A DNA stretch of 64,000 nucleotides, taken from Guillardia theta CCMP2712 (Eukaryota > Protista > Cryptophyta). The position numbers and the translations under genes are program-made. Shown here piece by piece: positions 1 through 10,008 of this stretch. The first letter of the stretch is position 1; the number at the start of each line of letters is the position of its first letter. The stretch is taken from the NCBI RefSeq assembly GCF_000315625.1, contig NW_005434658.1:525139-589138 (forward strand), read 5' to 3'. The notes under the pieces are model-generated. The model saw only the letters and a list, made by a program, of their open reading frames with translations. It had not been told where the DNA came from and ran no database searches.

Positions 1-2071
1 GAGCCTGCACATCCTTGGCCTCGTTGAGGCCGTAGATCTCAGTAACCACTTGCTCTCCTTCCTTGGCAATCTTGTCGATCTGCCAGCCATGATCAGAAGT
101 GTCGAAGCCGATGCAAGAAAAGTTCACCTGCTTCAAGAACTTCTCGTCAACGTTTCCATAATTCGCGATGAGGTCACGAAGAGCATTAACGAAGCGTTTT
201 CCGTTCACTTGCTGGCTTTTTCTCTCAGTGCCTTGAAAACCCCAGGCGTCAATAGATTTTTCAGTAGGAATCTAAGTCATCTACCGTCAGGGTTAAAAAC
301 CTTTTCGCGGGGTTTGAAGGCTTCCACGAATTGAGCTTTCCTTGCCTGGCTCATCTTCTTTAGTCGCGTACTCGCTCAAAGGATAAGAGACCTCGGGGTC
401 TTCCGTTCGCATCAGCTTGCGGATGAGGCGAATCTCATCGGGCATGGAGGCATCCTTGTACTCGATGGCCTTGTCTTTCAACATGGTCATGACCTAAAAC
501 AGTCATCATGTCCACGATCTTCTCTCCTTCACTCGTCAAGAACCTCGACAGCAGGCTGCGCTCCTGCCTTGCGAGCTTGATCTATGTTGGCCTCGAGAAG
601 CAGGATGACGCTCTCATCCAAACCGCCCTTTGCCTGCATAATACCGCTTCAGCACGTGCAAGCCATCCTCTCCGCCTCTCACATTGAGGAGCATGAGCTC
701 CTTGCGCATTCCGTTGAGGTCTCCGGCCTTCAACACCTTCTGCAGCGCGTCGGAGGCTTTCTGGATCCTGGCGCTCATGCAAGCTTGGATGGCGCTGTTC
801 AACTGAGTCAAGAGCTCCTTCTGGGGCCCATCTTCTTGCATCTTCTCGTTCAGCTGAAGTGCGCGTCAGAGGATCGCGGGCCTCACAGCTCCAAAGCATC
901 ACCCGCTCCAAGAAGCGCATGTCGATCTTGTCGTATCCGGCCTCAACGGCAGTCGAGATCTTGCTCGGGTCCTTGATCAGCTCTTGCATGAAGGCGTCGT
1001 AACTGCCAAAGGGTGAGCTTGACGCGCCTCTTTCAACGTCCATCACGTTGCAGAAGCAAGGTCCGCTGTGCTGTAAGAGTCCAGTGAGAGAGCAGAGGTC
1101 GACAGCCCGGCTGCCTCGATGTCGTCTTTCGAGACATCCCCGCGCTCCATCTTCAAAGGCAGTCAGAGGTGTCAGGGTGTGACAGCAGTCGTTTCCCACC
1201 GCTGCCTTGAGGATCTTCTGCATCAGGTCCGTGACCTGTCGTGAAAGAGCATGAGTAGAGGATGATGTCAGGAAGCATGCATGCTCTCACAGCGTCCTTC
1301 AGAACAGCCAAGGTCTCCTTCTCATCCGCATCCTTGGTGTCCTCGATCTTCCTTGCCAGGACTGCACCAGACTAGTTCAGATCAAAGCTAGCTGACCTTT
1401 TCATAACAAAAAAATGTAAACAGATGCAATCATTACAATTGTAGAAGCTGTCGTCCAACTTGTCCAAGTTCTTCTCCACCACCTTGGGCAACTCGTCGGG
1501 ATTCCTGGACGAATGTCAGCATTTATTTCCGGCAGGAGTCTCAGCCGTACGTGAAGGCCAACTCGGCGAGCAAGATCTCGTAGTCGGACGCCTGATGATA
1601 CATCCGTCAGCGAGGCGTCTTCCTCGACCTCACTGGTAGCAACCTTTGATACAGCTTTCTTTGCAGCATCATTCGACTTGTCGCTGGGGTCGGACGGACC
1701 GATCTGCCGGCATATCACGATAGAGCACGAGCTAGGGATTCTTCTGCTCTCTTACGGGGATATCTACGCCCATTCTAAGCTTAAGTTGTTGGCGTGGGCG
1801 CAGAGAAAACCCCTGATTGGGGCGCTGTCCTAGGATGGAGCACGCCGAGGGCAGTTGAGACCTCTGTCCAGGCATAGCAGGCGTATTTACATACGCGGTA
1901 CCATGGCATTGGTACAGGCCCTGATGAGCATAAGCTCCAACCAAGAAGCTGAGAATCAGCCCTGTAAAAAGAGCATTTCAGCAAATCCCGTCCGTACATC
2001 CCTATCAATCCATCTAGGATTGGAAATATTTTACGATCTGCAACCAAGGTACTTATGCTTTTTCCTCGCAT
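1..2071 (-). CDS. Multi-exon, probably plastid-directed protein of unknown function; 3' end runs off the window start
   Basis: Manual splicing gives MRGKSISTLVADRLILSFLVGAYA (signal-like), then ...SLRPRQQLKLRM (transit-like), then helical body (KVVEKNLDKLDDSFYNFL; LDESVILLLEANIDQARK; PDEIRLIRKLMRTEDPE). From memory this resembles the At4g37920-type chloroplast family; unverified. Many ~45-50 nt GT-AG introns. Confidence 0.6.
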
Positions 2072-2602
2072 CAAGTCTCTGCCCAGTCCTCTCTTTCGAC
2101 AATCTACTCCTCTCAGCCTCTCTCTGCTCACTCTGACCCCTTCCACACCCAGTCCTACTCTCCATGGCCTCGTACTCACCGCATCCGGCCATTGCTGCAC
2201 CCCCCATATCGCGGCCTCCAGCTTTCATCGCTACCGGCAGTGGTGGAATGTGATGCAGTTTTACTTCTCCAGCCCCCCATGAAAACACTATATTAAGTAA
2301 ACTTTCTTGATATAGTTTTTAATATATGTAAACATTTATTCATACAAACAAAGGAGTGGTGGTGGGTGACTCCTTTTGGCACTCTTAAAGGGATGGGCCC
2401 GGCGTGTGGGAGAACCGAATGGAAAATGATTCGATTCGACTTGAATCAGTTCAAATCAAACCGGGCCCCGGCGTCCGGGCCGAACCGGTTCAACTTGTGC
2501 ATTACCGAATCTGAGGCAGGCTTGCTTCTCAAGAAAAGCGATCAGGCAACGATGCGATCGCACTCAGGGGCGGTGGGAGTGGCGATGAGACACGAGTAGC
2601 GG

Positions 2603-4491
2603 ATGACCGTCCGTGGCATGTTGGAGGGAAGGAGATGGAGGGGATGTTTCATCGTCATGCTCGTCCTATGCAACCATGCCCGTCGCACCGACAACTTGGG
2701 GTCTACGCTGGTTGTCCCCAGGGGGCTTGAAAACGGGGGGATGCTGCTGAGGCTAAGAGGGTTCGGATCAGAGAGTTCTGGAGTGTTGGATAAAAATATA
2801 AGATGGTCCGAAGAAATGGGTTCAAGTCAGGAGGAGGAGGAGGAGGAGGAGGAGGAGGAGGGGAAGGCAGCTGGAGACTCCGATCCCGAGGAATCTGAGC
2901 TGGACCCTGAAACTTGGGTGCGCAATTTACCATCCAACATTACAGATGATCCGGAGTTTATGAAGCTGTTCTACGAACTTGAAGAATCGCTCACAAACAC
3001 CTCTCTGCTGGATTTTACTCCAAAGGAGGATAGAATGTGAGATAAATTATGCTCATAGCCTGGTGCATACTCTGATTTTTGACCTCAAAGTCGGGTAGAA
3101 TTCTGCGATGCCGCTAGCGATTGCGACGAGAAGACGGTCTGCACACAATTTGATTTCCCACTTCTGATCGTGTTTGTACCCTGATAATGCAGTTTTTTTA
3201 GGTAAAGGAGTTACATAGGAAGTATGGATGCAGATACGCAGACTTCATCAATAGCCGCTGCGAACGCACAAATATCACCGTGCTCATGGTAGCTTGCGTT
3301 GTAGCTGGTCGAGTGGCACATCTAATTTATGACACGACAGCATGCAGCAGCAAGCGGGAGCATGGAGATTGTCGAATACCTACTGAAACATGGCGCGAAT
3401 CCCAGGGTATGTGCACTGAGACGGGGTGGTGGTTGACAATCAACAGGCAGTTGGCTCTTTGAATGAGACAGCCATGCATCTTGCGGCACATGAAGGGCAT
3501 GCAGCTATTTGTGTTGAGCTGTATTGTGCTGCTCCTGAGGTTTCCTCTCTTCTGCTATAACTCTGCGATCTCCGATAGTATGACTATCACTGGTCAAGGT
3601 GTTACATTGGAAAGACTCATTCAACGCAACTCCAATCATGAGATCCATCGACATGGGTTGGCGTACTGCACTAAGACGCTATACAACATGGGAGGTAAAG
3701 TAGAGACTTTTGGACCTGTAAGTGAAACCTTCAGAGAGGTCGTTGGCATGAACATGATTCCATGTGATGTTAGGTATGTCAAGTACAGAAATTTTGCAAT
3801 GGAATGCAGTGGCCAGTCTTGACAGATGAGGTATTGGCGGATGATGAGGTAAACTCTCAAAGAGATTTTCTTCTTTTCGCTTTGTCAATAGCGTTTCTGC
3901 TTGAAGATCTTTCGAAAGAAATGTTGATCATGTTTTTATTTCTGCATTGTCAATAGCATGTCTCCCTGTTGATCTTTCGAAAGAGATGGTGTTCATGTTT
4001 TTCTTTTCGCTTTGTCAACAGCATATCTGCCTGTTTTCGTTTCTTTGCAGAAGTTGTAGCGAAATGGTTCTAACGCTCGTATCACACAGCATGCTTGCCC
4101 TCTGTGTTTGTACGGGTACATTCTCCCAGCGGTTCCACAGGAGTTCGAAGGCACCCCTATGGATTTTTGTGCTCTTTTACCGCCAGAATTCTATCCCTGC
4201 CCGTTTCCTGTCTTGCCTCGCGACGGATCTGGTCCACCCAGAGCGGTATGAATGGAAGCGCTTATGAGCTGCCCTTGACTGTTTCTGCAGGGACCATGCT
4301 GGGAGCCTATCATCAATGGCACTCGACTGAATTATACTGGAACAGGGGTTGTACAGAGCTGGCCAAGAGGGTATGATTATTTTGCTGAGACAGAAGAGAA
4401 GGCGAAAAGGAAGAGCAAGAAAAGGATTTATGCAAATCGTCAGGTCAAGGTGCTCCAGCCAAGACGGACGTTCGAGGAGGGGTTGGATTGA
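2603..4491 (+). CDS. Ankyrin-repeat protein with hydrophobic N-terminus, LRLRGF motif and poly-E tract
   Basis: Spliced exons give NITVLMHAAASGSMEIVEYLLKHGANP and NETAMHLAAHEGHAAICVEL (ankyrin consensus). Downstream exons stay in frame (…EVLADDE|RNGSNAR…GPPRA|GPCWEP…TFEEGLD*), stop TGA at 4489-4491. One internal junction near 3540-3580 was not resolved. Confidence 0.7.
3855..4035. repeat. Tandem repeat, ~3 copies of 65 bp, inside an intron (3849-4059)
   Basis: tgtcaa(t/c)agc starts at 3883, 3948 and 4013; gatctttcgaaaga at 3906 and 3971. Confidence 0.85.
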
Positions 4492-4532
4492 ACTTCTATC
4501 TTTAATGACAAACAAAAAAAAATCATACAAAT

Positions 4533-4955
4533 CTAGTGTGAAAATGAAGATCCTCGTGCAAGCATCAAAGCTGCTGACCAGTCGGAGACCTCAGACGCCG
4601 AACGCACCGGTGCCTGCAAGCTTTCGAACTTCAAGGTGGTGAATTCAATTTCCCAATTGAAACTGGCTTGCTTCAACAGAAGCTCTGCAGATGATGCTAA
4701 AAGCTGCATGTCCCTCGCCTGTGCTGCCTGGAGCTCAGCACTGTGTACAAACTCTACGCCATCCAATGGCAAAACGTTCTGTGTCGAGTGTACCGCACTG
4801 CTCTTGGACGATGCCGCAGACATATTGCTAACAGTCTCCGGGCAACCAAGTCCGAGATCCATAGCGAGCGCAGCAGACAGATCTGTTTTCTTTGCAGGCG
4901 ATGAGGACATGAACCTTGGAGTCGCTGCGCGGAGCAAAGCAGGAAGTCGCTGCAT
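4533..4955 (-). CDS. Small intronless protein (~140 aa) with mitochondrial presequence-like N-terminus
   Basis: ATG at 4955: MQRLPALLRAATPRFMSSSPAKK (R/S/A/L-rich, no acidic residues). Open to TAG at 4533. Confidence 0.55.
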   Translation of the reverse strand: MQRLPALLRAATPRFMSSSPAKKTDLSAALAMDLGLGCPETVSNMSAASSKSSAVHSTQNVLPLDGVEFVHSAELQAAQARDMQLLASSAELLLKQASFNWEIEFTTLKFESLQAPVRSASEVSDWSAALMLARGSSFSH

Positions 4956-5009
4956 GGCGGGGGCGGGAGGAAGTGAAGCGCTTCGTGAATGAGCAGCCTT
5001 ATTATGTTG

Positions 5010-6745
5010 CAAGGGAGGGGTCGGATGAGCCCTTTCCCCCACCCCTTCATCCAGTGCAGGTAAAGTGGGAAGCTAGGTTGCTAGGGTAGGGGTGGATCAA
5101 ATTAATTTAATAGTGAAGGGGTGTGGGTAGAATGACTGGCAGCAGTTCCAGAAAACTTGCCAGTGAAGGGTGGGTACTTAGGGTAGAATCAAGGGGTTGT
5201 TGTATACTTTCGAATGCCCGCAAAAACATTATTGAATGCTTGCGACGGGGCAGGGTGGTAGGGTGATGTCGCAGGGTTGGATAAGTGGGTGGGTGGGGTA
5301 CATGATGGGGGTAGGATTCAAGGGGATTCAAGGGCTAAGTTCCCACCAGGGGTCCCGGACGTTTCTATAGAAGAGGAGGGGTGGAATCATAAATTGAGGA
5401 GTGTTTGCGTCGGTTGAGCCTTTATAAATCGGGCATGTGGGGTACTCACACAAGAACCCCTCCTTTTAAAGTTTTTTTTTTTTAGTACAAGGGGTGGGGT
5501 GATGAAACGAAAATACTCCATTTCCCGAACGGAACGTCGCAGGAGGCCGAGGGACGTGAGGGATCTCCTTGGGATCTCCTCCTATTTGAATCGCATGTGT
5601 AAAGGGAAATCGTTCAAATTTGAAAATTCACCAACAATGTTCAAATTCAAATATATATAAAGGCAATGCTCCGTTGATGAGTTCTCGCATCTGAAGTCCG
5701 CCTCAGAGCCTCAACCCGTCCAGCCGGGCCGGGGCCCCCGGAGTTCCAAATGGTGATGAGTCCGGTTCAAGTGCAGGTCAACTATGGGGAGCCTTAACTT
5801 GGAGATCTTGAGGTACGGTCGCAGCATTTCTCATTTATTGTGATGGCCATGCGTATTTAACATAATCGCTCACTTAGAAAATATTGCCTCTATGCCCTTC
5901 TGCTCCAATCTTGTGCCTCATGCTTCCTGTACTACACATACCCCATTTCTCTTCGCTGGATTGAAGGGTTGAGGATGCAACCCCGAGAGCACGAAAAAGT
6001 CTCTTTTCAGAATTATTTCATGAAATACCGTCCTGCTCCATCCCTGAAATAAATTTCGAATATTTTTCTTTATATTTCAATTTTGAAAAATTATTTTTGC
6101 CTTTTTGGACAGAATTTGTGGGTCACAGTTCAAATGTTGTCACAGATCCCTCGCGTACCCCCACCCCATCAACAACACTAAACCCCACTACCCCACCCGC
6201 ACTGCTGATACTTAAATTGGAAGACCAAGTCTATATGCCTGAAGGCAAGTGAAAATGCGGTAGTAACAATAGGAAATTCAGAGCCTTGTCAGGGCTTTCA
6301 CAGGACAGATGGCCCAGCACATCAGGTTTGTGAGTTCCGACCCCCTTCTGAGAAAGGTGCAGCCAGGAAGGGGTGTTTGATGAGTAAAAGGTTGAATCTC
6401 CACATTTCAAACTTCCTTCTATGAAAATTTGAAATAAATATACTGTGGCGAAGAGAAGTTTGACATTCTGGACAAGGATTTAATAAACGTTTTATGCTTT
6501 CTCAATAGGGGTAGGGTTCTAGGAGAGTGTGGGTTGTTGGGACGGGGGTGAAATGACCAGGGGTGATTAGAACTGTATTTGTGTGGGTGGGGGTAGATGG
6601 GCATTGAACATAGTAGTGTTTGCCATCAAAGGGGGGTGGGGGTAGCCCCATGCGTCCCGACTGTAACAATGGTCTAAAAAAACGTTTTTCTATAGGGTCC
6701 CATTGTAATCAGAAAGGGGGGTACTATGAAATAGAGGGGTAGTAA
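5010..6745. other. Intergenic GGGGT(A/G)/TACCCC word-mosaic blocks interleaved with AT-rich TTCAAA/TTTGAA blocks
   Basis: G-skewed runs at 5010-5500 and 6500-6745, C-skewed run at 6150-6200, AT-rich blocks at 5584-5660 and 6000-6135. No credible ORF. Confidence 0.6.
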
Positions 6746-7326
6746 TTAAAAGACAATAGTTTAACTCACTTTAGATAGGAAAATTAGCAAAATTTACTGA
6801 AATTTGTTGAAGATAAGTAAAAATGAGAGTACAGAATGGCATCTATTCTTTTTGAATGTAAATTCTCAGACTCGAAGCAGGAGGCCGCCCCGTCCTTTAT
6901 GACGCAACCCCATCTCGCTACCTGCTCCTTGCATACCTTCCCGTTCTCTTGCCTTTGCTTTTTTGCCAGCACCGTTTGTCCTCCCCTCCCTCCTCCCTCC
7001 TCCCTCCTCCCTCCTCCTGTCACCATCACCTCAGTTCTTCCCTTCCCACCCATCATCCTGCCCCTCTTATGCATCCGCGCAGGCTGTCATTTGCCTTCTT
7101 GCCTCTTGGACTGGGCATCTTTGGAATTGATACTGTACTGTGCTGCTGCATGGTTTATAATTTTCCCTCATTTTTTCCATTATCAAGTTTGTTGTTGTTG
7201 TTATCACCATGTTGCCTCCTTCTCCTCGTAACTCGCATCACCCCATTCGGGAGTAACAATACAACATGCATGCCTTGATGTTTACATGCGATTGAAAAAC
7301 TTACTTTCATCCCAGGTTTGGGCGCA

Positions 7327-9369
7327 ATGGTTTATATTGCACGTTTGGCCTTGGTTGCCGCCGTTTTCTGTGCAGATTATGCGGCAGGGTTTGTGAATGG
7401 ACCCACAGGCTTCGGCCTCAGAAGGGCTCGCCTTCCTTCAGTTTCTCAACAGAAGCGAGTTTCCAGGAATGTGCTCATGTCAGCTACTCTTGACCCTTCG
7501 GGCAAGACTGAACCCGAAACGAAGATGAACATAGAAGAGGCGTGGAAAAGCTTCCTCAAGGTTTCTCCCCTTACCAGGAAGATCAACGCGCAGAGCAGCG
7601 ATGGGAGGAAGACGGTCGTTATCACCGGTGCCTCGAGTGGTATTGGCTTGCAGACGGCAAAGGCCATGTCTGCCGACAAAGGATGGCATGTTATCATGGC
7701 TGTACGTTCCTACTCCAAGGCTGCTAGGGCTGCAGAGGAGATTGGAATGGAGCCAGGAACTTACACCATTATGAATCTGGACCTTGCCTCTCTTTCCAGC
7801 GTGAGAGATTTTGTGAACCAGCTCAGATTGCTTGGTCGTCCCATTGATGCAATCGTTTGCAATGCTGCTGTGTGGTATCCCCGCGATACTGCTCCTCGCT
7901 TGACAGTCGATGGCTTCGAGGAGGCGGTTGGAACGAACCACCTTGGTCATTTCCTGCTTTGCAATCTGCTTCTCGGGGACCTTCCTGAGGGTGATGGGCG
8001 CGTTGTCTTCATCGGAACTGAGACTGCGAATGATGGTTTGGCTGGATTGATCCCGCCAGTTGCAGACCTCGGAAAGCTTGAAGGAATGGCTGCTGGCATG
8101 AAGAGCACCATTGATGGTGGAAAGTTTGAGCCTACCAAGGCTTACAAGGATTCAAAGGTTTGCAACGCAATTGTAATGCGTGAGATGAACAAGCGCTACG
8201 GAAAATCTCGCGGTCTTATCGTGAATGCTATGTTCCCCGGTTGCATCGCAGAGTCTCCTCTCTTCAGGCAAAAGCGTGCTTGGTTCCGGTGGCTGTTCCC
8301 TAAGTTCCAGAAGGCCATCACAAAACAGTTCGTGCCCGAGGAAGTGGCGGGTCAGAGGGTTGCAAACGTTGTTGCAGATGAGGAGCTTGGTGTTGGAGGA
8401 ACTTACTGGAAGTGGAATGCACAGGCTGGAAAGGACTTCACCCGTGTAGCCTTCGACCAGCAGAAGCAAGCAGCTGCGAACCTTGTCAAGATTCCAGCAG
8501 AGGCATTGGATGAGATGATCTCGGAGGCCGTGTGGGATCTTTCCTCTGCTCTTGTTGGACTTGGAGTCGCGCCCGAGATCTCCTTCGCGGCAAACAAGGA
8601 GTCGCTCACCTTGCAGGGTAAGTATGTTCCGGCATCACTGGCTAAGGCAAGCGTGATGCTCAAGAAGCTTAGGGAAGACATGTCATCTTTGAAGGACCAG
8701 AAAGAGGTAAGCGTCTAGCTGTGTTCTTGTTTACACGTACTGACAATCCCAAGGTCATGGCAATGGTCGAGGATGCTGAAGGGAAGACAGCTGAGGCTGT
8801 TGGAACTCTCTACTACTGGGGAAGGAGAGTGTCTGCACCCAAGATTACCTTCTCTGGCAACTACGAAACTCCACAGGACAAGCTTCAGATGCAGCTCTTG
8901 GTTGACAAGCCTCGTGCGGATCCTGTTGCAGCGGACGTCCTCCTTAAGGGCTTGACCTCTGCCTTGAAGAACTACGGCGCCGAAACCAAGCCTGCACCTG
9001 GCATGACTTTCATCGATGAGCGCGAGGGTAAGACCGGGGATGTTGCGGAAGACAACATGAAGATCAAGCTCGAGCCCTCGTGGACTGCCAACGATGATTC
9101 CATGGCCATGACCAAGGAGATGCTCGGCAAGGAGATGCTCGGAAGTGACACGAGAGAAGATCTGAAGGTCGTGTCGAGAGAGCAGGTGAGACAGATGGAA
9201 CTTGGAGTTGTCTTGTGCTGATGTCTCGTCGTAGGTGATGCAGTGGACAGCTGAGATGGATAAGATCAAGGCTCCTCCCGCTGGCATTGATGCTCAGGTT
9301 TTCGGTGAACGCGACTCGGTGAAGCGTCTTGTCTTCGAGGCCGTCTCACGAGGAGCGGTCAGGAACTAG
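7327..9369 (+). CDS. POR: Light-dependent NADPH:protochlorophyllide oxidoreductase (LPOR), plastid-targeted, with long C-terminal extension; exons 7327-8706, 8754-9185, 9235-9369 (648 aa)
   Basis: Signal peptide plus AAG|F transit peptide. Motifs ITGASSGIG, CNAAVW, GTNHLGHFLL, catalytic YKDSK, PGCIAESPLFR, YWKWN. Two phase-0 GT-AG introns of 47 and 49 nt. Confidence 0.93.
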
Positions 9370-9659
9370 ATGACGTCACTAATGGAAGTGAGTTTTGGAT
9401 TACTTCTTCTCAACGGGAACTTCTCTCGACCTCTAGATCGTGGGAAATCGAACCGCGCTTGTTGTTGATAGTTATGGTGCAATCTTTTATCTTTGTCAAA
9501 GTAAAGTATAATTTCGAGTGCATCGGTTCCGAACTTAGAACTGATCGCAACTTGCCAAGTTTTCAGTCACTGTGTCAAGCTCTCTCAGCATGGCCACTGG
9601 CTTATTAAGTATTGCTAACTGAGTTGAACGGGTTCAGTTCAACAAGGCTTTCGGTTCGG

Positions 9660-9850
9660 AATTGAAGTTTCGGCTGCCGCCGGTCCGGGGCTCAGTCCGG
9701 CCGGCGCCGCCGGCGAGCAGTGAGCCGTGATGGCCACTGGGGGGCCCGGACTCCCGGCGTCACCAACTCCCGTCCGATCGCCGTGCCGGACAGTGGGAGT
9801 CCGCCGGGCTCCAAGTTGGGCCGCCCGGCTGATGGGGTTTTGGTGGTTTT
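9660..9850. promoter_or_regulatory. CCGG/GGCC-rich GC island upstream of the gene starting at 10009
   Basis: Dense ccgg, ggcc, gactc/gagtc and cagtg words just before the ATG. Regulatory role is inferred from position only. Confidence 0.45.
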
Positions 9851-10008
9851 GACATATTTTCTTGCGCCGTTGAAAACGGCCGAAATGAAGTGGAGGAAGG
9901 AGGAGAGGGCGTGAGGAGAAGGGAGGCAAGCCTGGTAGACTGAAAGCTTCCACGGCAAGACATGCTCGCTCATACCCTTTTAAAGAACATCCTCCTCCTG
10001 CCGGCAAC

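Noticed and set aside
5010-5500. Telomeric or interstitial telomere repeat
   Set aside because: G-rich but with no fixed repeating unit.
6284-6298. agccttgtcagggct resembling 54677-54693
   Set aside because: About 15 nt with an indel and no extension into the flanks; too short to call a repeat family.
8721-9221. Separate 166-aa gene downstream of POR
   Set aside because: The ORF start is a non-ATG codon inside an intron, and it splices in frame to POR exon 1.
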